Origin: Pristiophorus japonicus
Taxonomy: Eukaryota
Assembly (NCBI RefSeq): GCF_044704955.1
Contig: NC_091995.1
Coordinates: 26,536,001 to 26,600,000, forward strand
DNA: 64,000 bases
Direction: 5' to 3'
Shown here: positions 11,532-24,760 of the stretch, piece after piece
Numbering within the stretch: the first letter of the stretch is position 1
Layout of the letters: the number at the start of each line of letters is the position of its first letter
Notes under the pieces: model-generated
Databases searched by the model: none
What the model was told of the DNA's origin: nothing
What the model saw: only the letters and a program-made list of their open reading frames with translations
Program-made: the position numbers and the translations under genes

Positions 11532-11681
11532 CTGATGCAAAAAGAAAAAAAAATAGTATCTGAAATACAAACAGGAAACAAACAGAAATTTACAGCATGT
11601 AGATCAGCCCCTGAAGGAGAAAGGTGGACTGCACTGGCCGAGAGGCAGGGTTGCAGTGGTATAGTGTAAGGGTTCTACGGT

Positions 11682-14600
11682 GTCCGAGTAAGCTGGCTGC
11701 TGCGGTGGCAACTCCCTAGGGAGCTCCCCTGCTGTGCAACTCCCATCTTCTGCCATCCGGCAACTTTCCACCCTCAGCCTCCCCACTCCCACTGCCTAAA
11801 CTTCCCCTAGCTCTAACAGACCCTGATAGGAGGTTTTAAACATTTAAACCCTTACTCTAAACCCAACCCTGCGAATCCCACAAGATCGGGCGTACCTCAG
11901 GCTTCCCACCGCACCACCCATCGGCGATGATGACCGCGCCTCCTGTGGCGGTGAGCTGGACCTCTCCCCACCTTCGGCGGCCTCCTCCTTGGCATCGACT
12001 CACCTATGTCACTTGATCCTTGATCCACGACGGAGCCAGGTGAGCCTCCGATCGGGCCTCCACCCCTCCAGCGGCAATCAGGCCCCCCCACCCCCTGCGG
12101 CGGCAGATGGTCCTTTCCTCCATGACGACAGCTGGGGTCTCCTTCCCCACCAGTGACCTGGCTTCTTCTCCTCCTCCAGCACGTGGTGAGTACCATGGCT
12201 GTGACCGCCCCCCCCCCGACCTTCCACTCTGAACCCCAGTGGGCCACTGACCCTTCCAATGCCTGCCCCCAACCAAGCCTCGGATCACCTACCATCAAGG
12301 GCGCTAGTCAGCGCCGAGCCAACGGCCAACATCTCGCCGTAAGCAACTCGGCCCATATAGCAGTGCCTGGTCTCCAGTCATCTTGGACCCCCTTGCCACT
12401 GGACCAAGACTTTGCTCAGCTAATCCCGTGTGGTAGTCGGTGTTCAACGACCACCCCATATTAAAGGAACTCACGCACAGGCATCTTCCACGCCTCTAAC
12501 ATGAAGTTCGGGACCTGGAACGTCAGGATCCTCATGGATAACTCCAACAGCGACAGGCTGGAACACCACATAGCCATAGTTGCCCGGGAACTTAGACGCT
12601 TTGATATCGACATCGCCGCCCTAAGCGAGACCTGGCGGGCAGGGGAAGGCCAGCTCAAGGAGCAAGATGGAAGTTACACCTTCTTCCGGAAAGGGAAACC
12701 AGAGAAAGAACGCCGCCTCCACGGCGTCAGCTTTGCCATCAAAAACGAGCTGGTCGACCGCCTCAAAGACTCCCCCCGTGGGGTTAACAAACGCCTCATG
12801 ACTCTTCGACTCACCCTATCCTGGAATCAATGTGCCACAGTCATCAGTGCGTACGCCCCAACACTCGATGCAACAGATGAGACCAAAGAGGTTTTTTACT
12901 CAAATCTCGAAAAATCCCTGTCCCACGTCCCCGTGAACGACAAACTGATCCTCCTTGTTGACTTCAACGCCAGGGTCGGCAAGGATACAGCCCTCTGGGG
13001 AGATGTGATTGGCAGAGACGGGGTAAGAAAAGCCAACTCCAGCGATACTCTTATCCTGCCAAAATGTCTAGAACATGAACTTGTCATCAACAACACCTTG
13101 TTCTGGAGGGATAACTACAAAGCATCATGGGAACACCCTCGCTCCAAACATTGGCACCTGCTCGACTAGGTCAGCGTCCGAGCCAGGGATCACAAGGATG
13201 TGCACATCACCCGCACCATGACAGGAGTTGATGACTGCTGGACAGAACACCACCTAATCCAATCCACAATTGACATCAACATAGTTCCAAAGCAGAGAGA
13301 GCAGCAGAAGCATTGCTGCAAAATGTCAATGCTGGGGCACTTAAGAACCCAGCTAAGAGAGCCCTCTACAGCCAGTGCCTCACAATTTACCTGGAGTGCC
13401 TTGATGACTCTGAGACGCAGAATACCCACAGCTTGGTCTGCCCTCCAGGCCTCCATAACCAATGCCTGCAAAGAGACATTCGGTCACTCAACCAGGAAAC
13501 ACCAGGATTGGTTTGATGAGAATGATCAGGAGATCCAAGTGCTAATAGATCGCAAGCGCAGGCCATTTCTGAGCCTTAAACAACAACCCAACTCGGGAGC
13601 AGTAAAGCTGGCTTTACAGACGGCTCAAGGCTGAGGTTCAACAAAAAATCCGGGACCTAAAGAACAGGTCGTGGATGGAGAAAGCACAGGAGATACAGCA
13701 GTTGGCCGACAGCCATGATATGCGAGGATTCTTCATCGCAGTCAAGGCCACCTACGGTCCAAGCACCTAGGGCCCCACCCCACTGCTGGCCAAGAACGGG
13801 GAAACACTCATCAAGGACACCGAGGCAGTCAGGGCCCACTGGAAGGAGCACTTCGAAGATCTCCTCATTCAAGACTCCGCCTTTGTCTCGAGTGTTCTCG
13901 ACTCCATCCCCCCACCATCTCCAGTAAAACCCCAACACAGCATGAGGTAGAAAAAGCCATAAGACAGTTTAAGAACAACAAGACTACGGGAGCGGATGGA
14001 ATCCTGCTGAGGCACTGAAGTATGGCGGAGAGGCACTGTTGGCGCAAATAAATGACCTCGTCTCTCTCATCTGGAGGGAGGAGAGCACGCCGGGAGATCT
14101 CAGAGATGCAGTGATCGTGACCATCTTTAAAAAAGGGGACAAGTTTGACTGCGGCAAATACATAGGAATCTCCCTATTATCAGCCACTAGGAAAGTCGTC
14201 GCTAGTGTCCTCCTCAACCATCTTCTCCCTGTGGCCGAGGAGCTCCTCCCGGAGTCACAGTGTAGATTTCTTCCAGTACGGGTTACAACAGACATGATTT
14301 TCACAGCACGAATGCTGCAGGAAAAATGTAGGGAACAACACCAGCCCTTATACCTGGCCTTCTTCGACCTTACAAAGACCTTGGCACTGTTAAACGCGAG
14401 GGTCTATGGAGCGTCCACCTCCGTTTCGGATGCCCCCAAAAGTTCGTCACCATCCTCCGCCTGCTACACGATGACATACAGTTCATGATCCTTATCAACA
14501 GATCCATTACAGACCCAATCCACGTCCGGTCCAGGGTCAAACGGCTGAGTCATCGCTCCAACACTCTCCTCAATCTTCCTCGCTGCCATGCTCCACCTCA

Positions 14601-15729
14601 CAGTCAACAAGCTCCCCGCTGGAGTGGAACTAAACTACAGAACCAGTGGGAACCTATTCAACCTTCGCCGTCTCCAGGCCAGGTCCAAGACCACCTCAAC
14701 CTCTGTCGTCGAGCTACAGTTCGCGGATGATGCCTGCGTCTGCACACATACAGAGGCTGAAATCCAGGACATAGTCGACATATTTACTGAGGCGTATGAA
14801 GCATGGGTCTTATGGTAAACATCCATAAGACAAAGGTCCTACACCAGCCTGTCCTCACTGCACAGCACTGCCCCCTGCTCATCAAGATCCACGGCGCGGC
14901 CCTGGACAATGTGGACCATTTCCCTTACCTCGGGAGCCTCCTATCAACAAGAGCAGACATTGATGACGAGCGTCAACACCGCCTCCAGTGCGCCAGTGCA
15001 GCCTTCGGCCGCCTGAGGAAAAGAGTGTTTGAAGACCAGGGCCTCAAAACTGCCACCAAGCTCATGGTCTACAGGGTTGTAGTAATACCGACCCTTCTAT
15101 ATGATTCAGAATCATGGACCATGTACAGTAGACACCTCAAGTCACTGGAGAAATACCACCAACGATACCTCCGCAAGATCCTACAAGTCCCCTGGGCAGA
15201 CAGATGCACCAACATTAGCGTCCTCGACCAGGCCAACATCCCCAGCATTGAAGCACTGACCACACCCGATCAGCTCCGCTGGGCAGGCCACATCGTTCGC
15301 ATGCCAGACACGAGACTCCCAAAGCAAGCGCTCTACTTGGAACTCCTTCATGGCAAACGAGCCAAAGGTGGGCAGAGAAAACATTACAAGGACACCCTCA
15401 AAGCCTCCCTGATAAAGTGCAACATCCCCACTGACACCTGGGAGTCCCTGGCCAAAGACTGCCCCAATTGGAGGAAGTGCATCCGGGAAGGCGTTGCCCA
15501 CCTCAAGTCTCATTGCCGAGAGCATGCAGAAATCAAGCGCCGGCAGCGGAAAGAGCGTGCGGCAAACCTGACCCACCCACCCTTTCCTTCAACGACTATC
15601 TGTCCCACCTGTGACAGGGACTGTGGTTCTCGTATTGGACTGTTCAGCCACCTAAGGACTCATTTTAAGAGTGGAAGCAAGTCATCCTCGATTCCGAGGG
15701 ACTGCCTATGATGATAATGATGATGATGT
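11682..15729 (+). mobile_element. RTE-clade LINE, near full length, decayed
   Basis: ORF start MKFGTWNVRILMD (APE endonuclease) at 12501, RT LQFADDAC, C-terminal CPTC..SHLRTH zinc finger, (ATG)n tail. Flanked by an imperfect ~42-bp direct repeat (11640-11681 and 15732-15773). Confidence 0.9.
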
Positions 15730-16009
15730 TTGAGAGGCAGGGTTGTAGTGGTGCAGTGTGAGGGTTCTACAGTATAGAGCCTAGTTTCATAGAATCACAG
15801 CACAAATGGAGGCCATCCAGCCCATCGTGCCCGTGCTGTCTCTTAGAAGGAGCAATCCAAATGAGTTCTACTCCCATGCTCTTTCCCCAAAGCCCTGCCC
15901 GGAATTTCAAACAAACTTGTCTTATTCGGACTGCGCCAACTTAGCACCTGTTTTCACCCTTAGGCCAAAAATAATCCCTGCTAACTTTTGGATAATATGT
16001 TAAACTTAG

Positions 16010-16290
16010 GCCCCATCTACCCTCTCAAGTGAACGCTAAAGATCCCACAACACAACTTCGAAGAAGAACAGGAGAGTTCTCCTGCTCAATATTTATGCTT
16101 CAACCAACATCAATGAAAAGCAGATTATCTGGTCATTATCTTATTGATGTTTGTGGGTCCTTGCTGTGCATAAATTGTCTGCTGCCTTTCCTGCATTACA
16201 ACAGTGACTGCACTTCAGAGAGTACTTCACTGGCTGTAAAGCCTTTTGGGACATCCTGAGGATATGAAAGGCGCTATATAAATGCAAGCT
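16010..16290 (+). mobile_element. Deu-domain SINE (paralogue of 4322-4600)
   Basis: Near-identical sequence and flanks to the copy-A element. Confidence 0.7.
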
Positions 16291-16600
16291 CTAGCGGTAC
16301 TAGAAGGGCCCGTGTTGTCAGCATCAATCAGTTGAGCAGGGGAGGAAGAAGTGACAGGATCTTAAATAAGTATTCGACTGATGCCATTGTGGGGTAGTCA
16401 CAGCGTCAGTTACAACTGCCTGGGTTTTGAAACACATTGAGGAGCAAAACAGGTTCATTATAAGGATAACATCTTGTGCCATACTGAACATAAACCAAAG
16501 TACAGAAGCTTGGTTAGACCACAATTACAGTACTAGACACAGTTCTGATCTCAAAAGGGACATAGACACTGGGGAAGGTGAAAATAGGATTTACAGTAAT

Positions 16601-16873
16601 CTTTTTCTTCTTAGGCGGTACCTTATATCGAGGATGACTTGCTTCCACACCAAAAAGGGATGAGTTCCCAGGTGTTTCAATTAAGGACCTGACATTCCAG
16701 GTCCTGAAATACATATTGAAGGGTGGAAGATGCCTGTGCGTGGATTTTTTCAACGTGTGGTGGCCGCTGCACACCAGTCACTACACGGGCTTGACAGAGC
16801 TAGGTCTTGGTCCAGTGGCAAGGATTAACTAAGACTACTGGAGATCAGCTCTGTTGCACAGACCTAGTGTGCA
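16601..16873 (-). mobile_element. Bipartite RTE-derived short element (paralogue of 4908-5160)
   Basis: Same RTE 5' plus 3' fusion at the equivalent position. Confidence 0.75.
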
Positions 16874-17369
16874 CAAATAATGATAGGTTATAAGATGGTG
16901 ATAACCGAGAGGTCATCACTATCAGAAAAGATTGAATAGGCCGAGGCTCTTTTCTCCAGAAAAGAGAAAGCGGAGAGATGGCCTGATAACGTTGTTTACG
17001 ATTATGAATGGGTTTGATAGGGTCGACGTAGAGAAGATGTTTCCCTTTGTGGTGAGCCCAAAACTAGGGTCCATAAATGTAACAGTCATCATCAAATCCA
17101 ACAGGAAATTCAGGAGAAAATTCTTTACCCAGAGAATGATTTGAATGTGAACCTCGCCAGCACAAGGAGTGGTTGAGGGGAATAGTATTGATGCCTTTTA
17201 AGGGGAAGGTGACAGGAGGGATAAAGGAATAGAAAGATATGCTGATAGATGAAGTAGGGAGGGAGGAAGCTCGTGTGGAGCATGAACACCAGCAGGGACC
17301 GGTTGTGCCGAGTGGCCTGTTTCTGTGCTGTAGTCTCTATGTAATTCTATGTAACCCTGACGGACTTAC

Positions 17370-17633
17370 CCGTGATGGTCAGATGGTAGGTGTTGCTGGT
17401 TCGACTGACTGGGTTTGCCACAGTGCAGGTGTAAGAGTCCGATTTCTGTATATTCCTCATGATTAAAGTTGTGTTGCCATCTGACAGCCAATAGCGTTGG
17501 TCGGCTGGGAGCACGACCCCTCCTCTGGTCCACAGAATGAAACTGGCTCTCCCTCTCTGCACCTCACAGCTCAGCGCAACTGTGTGGTTCTCGGGGCTGA
17601 AGTTACAGGAGATCGAGGGTTTGGAGAGAGGGT
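17370..17633 (-). CDS. IgSF copy B, Ig C2-type exon
   Basis: 264 nt (6-nt in-frame deletion relative to A and C), intact AG/GT sites, C-W-C retained. Its partner V exon is frameshifted, so this copy is probably a pseudogene. Confidence 0.75.
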
Positions 17634-18249
17634 CTGGAGAAAGACACAAACAGAGGGGTTTTCACTGAATGAACAAACGCACCAATTTGCTCCCACAAAC
17701 AGCAATGGGATAATGACCAGAAAATCTGGTTTCTGTGTTTGTTGAGGGATAAATAGAGGCCAGGATATCAGGGAGAAATCCCTTGTTCTTCAAAATAATG
17801 CCATGGGATCTTTTACAACTACCGGAGAGGGCAGACAAGGCCTCGGTTATTCAATGAGGTTTGTGTGTTCAATCTTAGGTTTTCATTTAAAGTGGATAAA
17901 ATACATGCAGCGAGAACATCAACAAGGTTCAAAATAGTACTGTGCGTAAACTGTAAAGCTTTCCTTACACATCCCCCGAGTCCACACATTGACAAATATT
18001 TATATCACACACACACAGCAGTTAGTTTGCTGTAAACTCACCTTCACAGCCAGTGAAGAGGTAACACAAAAATTAACTAATTTTCACAGGAACTTAATAA
18101 AATCTTAATGGGACAGACTTTCCTTAGCGTTGGGACACATGAAGGCCCTGGTCACTAACACAAGCACAAGAAGCTCACGACTTCATGCCTAGCCCAGCTC
18201 TTGCATCCAACACTGAAGAGGAAAATTTGCCTTATCGTTTATGAAGTGC

Positions 18250-18652
18250 TCAGGTCAAGCCTCACTACAAGACTTTAGCGCATAATCCAGGCCAACACTT
18301 GCCTGCAATATTGAGAGAGTGCAGCATTGTCAGAGCTGCTGACCTAAGATGTTAAACCAAGGCCCCAGATGCCTGTTTAGTTAAAGAATCCCATGATATT
18401 AAGTAAAGGATCCCATGACATTAATGAAAAGAGTATGAAAGTTCTCATTTCCTGGCCAATCAACACCATGAAAACTTGATGAACAGGTCATTCATCTCAT
18501 TTACTGATTGTGTGATCTTGCTGTGAGCAAATTGGCTGCCGTGTTTCCCTACATTACAACAGTGACTGCACTTCAAAAAGTACTTCACTGGCTTGTGAAG
18601 CGCTTTGAGATGTCCTGAGGAAGTGAAATGTCCTGCATAAATGCAAGTTCCT
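18250..18652 (+). mobile_element. Deu-domain SINE (paralogue of 6530-6960)
   Basis: Same core and tail, equivalent intron position. Confidence 0.7.
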
Positions 18653-19440
18653 TATTTCTGTCTCAATTGTTGCTAGCACCAATTGTTGTGAAGATTGTTG
18701 GGAACTGGGTCTCGGTGCTTGACAGTACAGGGTGATTGGTTTGATTACAGCTTTCATGTTTAATCAATAGGCCATAAACAGGGACTTTCAGCGGTACTGG
18801 CGCAATCTCCACTGTGGCCAAAGAGTACAGCTGCTCCAGCAGAGATATTACAGTCTCCACCATGTATAGCGGGCATGTTGGTATTAACATAATTTGCCCG
18901 CTATCAGTAGCAGATGGGGAAACTGCCTCAATTATGACAATAGCAACAGTCCAATAGTTTGAGAGAGGCACGGAGTCCAGCACGTGTTCTGGGAAGCAGG
19001 GAGGCTGCGAAAGAAAGTTAATCCCTGCAAGAAGGTTAAACATCACACTGTGTGGCATCTCGTTCAAGAATGGGAATAAATAGCTGTTGAAGTTAGAGGG
19101 CAAGAGAAAACATCAAAACTGAGATGGATAGATTTTTGTTTGGCAAGGGTATTAAGGATTGGAGAACAAGGCAGGTAAATGGAGTGAAGATACAGAACAG
19201 CCAACAGCTAAGAGAGGGGCTGAATTATCTCCTCCTGTTCCTATGTTCCTTTGTTCCACAGTGCTTGGGGATGGCAAGACATTAATCCATCAATGTGTTC
19301 AGTAGGTTTTACCAGCAGTCGGATATCGTCCAAAACCGTTCATGGGCTGATTTTTTTGTGTCTGATGGTCCAAGTATGTTATTTGATGCACTATGCAATT
19401 CGGCAAGTTTGGTCTGCCATTGTCTGAAACAGCTCAATGT

Positions 19441-20190
19441 ATTAGGAAAAGGGAAGGTGCAACGAGACCTGGGTGTCATGGTACATCAGTCACTGAAGGT
19501 TAGCATGCAGGTACAGCAGGCGGTTAAGAAAGCAAATGGCATGTTGGCCTTCATAGCGAGGGGATTTGAATACAGGGGCAGGGAGGTGTTGCTACAGTTG
19601 TACAGGGCCTTGGTGAGGCCACATCTGGAGTATTGTGTACAGTTTTGGTCTCCTAACTTGAGGAAGGACATTCTTGCTATTGAGGGAGTGCAGCGAAGAT
19701 TCACCAGACTGATTCCCGGGATGGCGGGACTGACCTATCAAGAAAGACTGGATCAACTGGGCTTGTATTCACTGGAGTTCAGAAGAATGAGAGGGGACCT
19801 CATAGAAACGTTTAAAATTCTGACGGGTTTAGACAGGTTAGATGCAGGAAGAATGTTCCCAATGTTTGGGAAGTCCAAAACCAGGGGTCACAGTCTGAGG
19901 ATAAGGGGTAAGCCATTTAGGACCGAGATGAGGAGAAACTTCTTCACCCAGAGAGTGGTGAACCTGTAGAATTCTCTACCACAGAAAGTAGTTGAGGCCA
20001 ATTCACTAAATATATTCAAAAGGGAGTTAGATGAAGTCCTTACTACTCGGGGGATCAAGGGTTATGGCGAGAAAGCAGGAAGGGGGTACTGAAGTTTCAT
20101 GTTCAGCCATGAACTCATTGAATGGCGGTGCAGGCTAGAAGGGCTGAATGGCCTGCTCCTGCACCTATTTTCTATGTTTTCTATGTTTCT
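19441..20190 (+). mobile_element. CR1 LINE 3' fragment
   Basis: QRDLGV..RPHLEYCVQFWSP..LEFRRMRGDLIE with a (TTTCTATG)n tail; absent from copy A. Confidence 0.9.
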
Positions 20191-20838
20191 ATTACAAATG
20201 GCTTCAGTGGAAATGGCCTGTTCAAAAATGAAAGCCACAATTTTATAGTGAGGATAAGAAAGTGCCAAATAAATACTGCAGTCTGGTGCCTTATAGAAGC
20301 AAAAACTCTCCCGTTGTCAATAAAATACAAGGGTTTTTAACACTGCTGTCAAATTTCCCATGACCCTGTTGATGGACACAACTTATTTTTGATATGAAAG
20401 ATGGCAACATCATTGGGAGATTTCAGAAAGAGATCCCAGAGTCTGAAACTACACCGATTGTTGGCACAGGGAGAGCTAAACCACACACAATAAAGGTGGG
20501 GGTGGGTGGAAGAGCTCATTCACACAATAAAGAGGGGGGGGGAAGAGCTGATTCACATACAATAAAGCAGAGGTGGGCAATTATTTAGGCCGGAGGGCCA
20601 CTTGACAAGTTTTGGTGAGCTGTTGAGGGCCGCCCACCAAAGTTCCACCAACCGCACGGAACCAACCAGGCGGATCCTCGGCTCCCGCCACTGGAAGAGA
20701 TACAGCGCATGTGTGGCTGTGTACTTGCCGGCTGGGCAGCAAATTTAAAGCGACCGACTTAAAACAAATTAGAGAGAACATTGCATAAACATAAACATTA
20801 ATTCAGATCGTAGTCAGATGCTATCTTATATACACAAC

Positions 20839-23800
20839 TCAAAGGCTGCATTGGCGCACTGGAGGTGGTATTGAATCTCCGCATCAGTGTCTGACTTTGT
20901 TGATAAGAGGCTCCCGAGGTATGGGAAATGGTCCACGTTGTCCAGGGCCGCGCCATGACTGGGGGGCAGTGCTGTGCGGTGAGGACAGGCTGGTGAAGGA
21001 CCTTTGTTTTACGGATGTTAAGCGTAAGGCCTATGCTTTCATATCCTCGGTGAATACATCGACTATATCCTGGAGTTCAGCCTCAGAATGTGAGCAGACG
21101 CAGGCATCATCTGCGTACTGTAGCTCAATGACAGAGGTTGGTGTGGTGTATGTAGCACACAAATCACTGACTCCACACGGTCTGGTGTGAGTCTAACTGC
21201 TGTGACCTTCGTCCTTTATTGTTCAACTCCAGAGTGCCTCCCAGGTGTGGTGGTCAGCCTTATATAGTCCTTGTTGCAGGTACTACCAGGGTTTCCCACC
21301 ACAGCGCCCTCTGTGGTGTGGCATAGTGCTTACATTACATTTAAGGTACTGGGACGATACACACATCATTATATAACATCACCTTTCCCCCCCCCCACCT
21401 GGACGCAGGACAACGATACACACATCATTACATAAAATCACACTTGTCCAACCGAAGGCAGGTGGGCATAGACAGTGTGTTAGTATGGTACATATTATCT
21501 GGTACATTAACTGGTTATTGACTGGTAGCTGATCCTTGATTTCCTTGTTAGCCGTTATCATTAATTGTACTTCATCCATTATTTTACACAAATACAGTGG
21601 CCATTCAGCATTAAAAAAGTAGTTCTTATTATAAATTCACTATCTCACATTAACGTTGCTCATTTTAGACTTGCTCTGCCTCTAACAGAAGTCATTTGTG
21701 GGGACCACCTTTTTGTAAGGCCCTTTTAAGATTCCCGGTTGCATTTCCTTTTTAAGGTGCCATCTTTGATGCAGGAGGATTCCACGAGGCTTCTCCTTGG
21801 GCGCCGCCATCTTTGATGCTCTGCAGCTCAGACACGATGCCGCCGCCATCTTCTTCTCCGCCGCTCCGGATGCCCTCCGCCGTCGCAGCTTCCGCTCCCC
21901 TCCGCTGCCACCTGACTTGCCGCCTCTCCTGTGGCCGTCGTGGCCTCTCCAGCGGCTGCACTTGCCGCGTCCCCCCGCGGCCGCCATGGCCGCCGACCTC
22001 CAGCTGCTGCCGCCGCCCGACGCTAACAGCTCCTTGGCTGGGCCCACCCGACGGCACCTTCCTCTGTGGGGCCCACCCATCGGCACCTTCCTCTGCGGGA
22101 CTCTTCCAAACCACTGGCCATCCTGAATCCCTCGGCACCCTGCCCGCAGCGCCCCGCCGGCTCACCTCCCCCCCCACTAGGCCCCTCTGTGCAGGGCTGC
22201 TTGCCTGTGGGGGCTGGGGCTGCAGGGTCTCTGTGTGAGATCCGGGCCTGGGACTTGCCTGTGGGGATTGAGGCTGCAGCTCCAGCTCGGTCGGCGCTGC
22301 TCTCTGGGGACCTGGGGCATGGCAGCACCCCGGGGAGCAGCAGCCTGTGGAGTGATGAAGTCTTCCCGGCTCCCACGGACCGTCCCCATCCACCTTCAGC
22401 CGAGGAGTGTCGGCCCATCGCCTGCAACGACCCACAGGGGTAAAGCGTGCGACTCGTCCCCGTGGGATACCTGCACCATCGCTCTGCCAAGAACAGGTAT
22501 TAGTTCCCTGGTGTAGGTACGCACCTTCACCGTGACCGGAACCAGCTTGGGTCGTGCAGCTGGGTTAATCCACAGTTTATCAAAAGTTCTCCGACTCATC
22601 AACGATGGACCCGAGCCCGTGTCCACTTCCATACTCACTGGGACTCCGTTGATTTTTACTTCTCTTATCACTGGGGGCGAATCGTCGGTGCACGTATACA
22701 GTCCAAGCACCTCATCTTCTTCTACCTGCTCCTCGCTGAATAGTGGATCATCCCCCATATCCTCAGCCACATGGTGAGTCTGATTTCTTTTACACATACG
22801 CTGAAGGTGGCCTTTAATGTGGCAGCTATTGCACGTGTACTCTGCAAACCTGCACCGGTGAGCCCCATGGCTTCCTCCACAACGTCAGCATGGTGCTGCT
22901 TGATTGGCCCCCCTCGGCAGACTCTGAGCTCCAGGATCCCGAGGTCCGTGCTCTCTGCCCCGGGCAGAGCCACATTCTTCAGTTTTGTCTGTGGTGGGCG
23001 CTATCCTGTGGACAGTGCCTGCTGGGTTCGAGACTGTGTGGATTATTTGCTTGGTGCTGCAAGTCGAGGTCATATATGCCCGGCTGATGGTGATGGCCTT
23101 TGTCAGAGTGACTGTGGGTTCCATGGCCAGCAGCTTGTGAAGGAGGCCCTCGTGGCCAATCCCCATAACGAAAACATCCCGCACAGGTGTGCCCCAAAAT
23201 CACACGGCGCCGTGAGTCTCCTGAGGTCCGCAGCATATTTGGTGATATCCTGGCCCTCGGGTCTGCAGTGGTGGTAAAATTTGTATCTGGCCGTGAGGAT
23301 GCTCTCCTTCGGTTTCAACTGGTCACGAATGAGTTCAGTCAGCTCCTCGTATGACTTGTCCCTGGCGCTCCCAGGTGCCAGCAAATCCCTGACGAGACAG
23401 TAAACCTCATCTCCACAACTGGAGAGCAATATCGCCTTATGCTTATCTCTCATTGCGTCCGTGTCCTCCGTCAGGTCGTTTGCTGTGAAGTAGTACTCGA
23501 GCCTTTCCGTAAAGGCCTCCCAATCATTGCCCACGGTAAAATCCTTTAGCGAGCCCAGAGTAGCCATGGTTGCGTGGAGTTCGTCCGCTTCCTCGTTGCC
23601 AATGTGGTGTATGTAGCACACAAATCACTGATTCCACACGGTCTGGTGTGAGTCTAACTGCTGTGACCTTCGTCCTTTATTGTTCAGCTCCAGAGTGCCT
23701 CCCAGGTGTGGTGGTCAGCCTTATATAGTTCTTGTTGCAGGTACTACCAGGGTTTCCCACCACAGCGCCCTCTGTGGTGTGGCATAGTGCTTACATTACA

Positions 23801-24760
23801 TTTAAGGTACTGGGACGATACATACATAACAGTTGGGGTGGTCTTGGACCTGGAGACAGTGCAGGTTAAACAGATTCCCACTGGTTCTGTAGTTTAGTTC
23901 CACTTCAGCGGGGAGCTTGTGACTGTGAGGTGGAGCATGGCAGCAAGGAAGATTGAGAAGAGGGTTGGAGCGATGACGCAGCCCTGTTTGACCCCAGTCC
24001 GGATGTGGATTGGGTCTGTAATGGACCAGCTGGTAAGGATCATGGCCTCCATGTCATCATGGAGCAGGCGAAGGATGTTGACAAACTTTTGGGGGCATCC
24101 GAAAAGCTCATGGTCTACAGGACTGTAGTAATAGTCGCCCTCCTCTATGGATCAGAGGCATGGACGATGTACAGAAGACATCTCAAGTTGCTGGAGATAT
24201 ATCACCAACGATGTCTCCGCAAAATCCTGCAAATCCCCCGTGAGGAAAGACACACCAACATCAGTATCCTCGCCCAGGCTAACATCCCCAGCATTGAAGC
24301 ACTGATCACACTCGATCAGCTCCGCTGGGCAGGCCACACAGTTCGCATGCCAGACACGAGGCTCCCTAAGCAATTGCGCTATGCATAGCTCTTTCATGGC
24401 AAACGAGCCAAAGGTGGGCAGTGGAAATGTTACAAGGACACCCTCAAAGCTTCCCTGCTAAAGTACGACATCATCACTGACACCTGGGAGTCCCTAGGTG
24501 GAGAAAGTGCATCCGGGAGGGCGTTGAGCTCTTCAAATCTCAACGCCACGAGCATGAAGCGGTCAGGCGCAGCCAGTGGCAGGAGCGTGCGGAAAATCAG
24601 TCCCACAACCGCCCCCCACCCCCGTTCCCCCAACGAATGTCTGTCCCACCTGTGACAGGGTCTGTGACTCTCGTATCGGTCTATTCAGCCACCAAAGGAC
24701 TCACTTTAGGAGTGGTAGCAAGTCTTCTTCGATTCCGAGGGACTGTCTATGATGATGATG
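20839..24760. mobile_element. RTE LINE with 5' inversion, split by a Gypsy insertion
   Basis: Inverted RT segment 20839-21141 plus 23832-24103, then forward 3' segment 24103-24760 with (ATG)n tail. TSD ATACACAAC at 20830-20838 and 24761-24769. Confidence 0.85.
21142..23831 (-). mobile_element. Gypsy (Mag-like) LTR element 1, gag-protease only
   Basis: LTRs 21142-21378 and 23603-23831 (TG..CA), TSD GTTGG. PBS TGGCAACGAGG resembles the complement of the tRNA-Ser(GCU) 3' end; PPT present. gag MATLGSLKDF, protease MEVDTGSG; no RT or IN. Confidence 0.9.
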
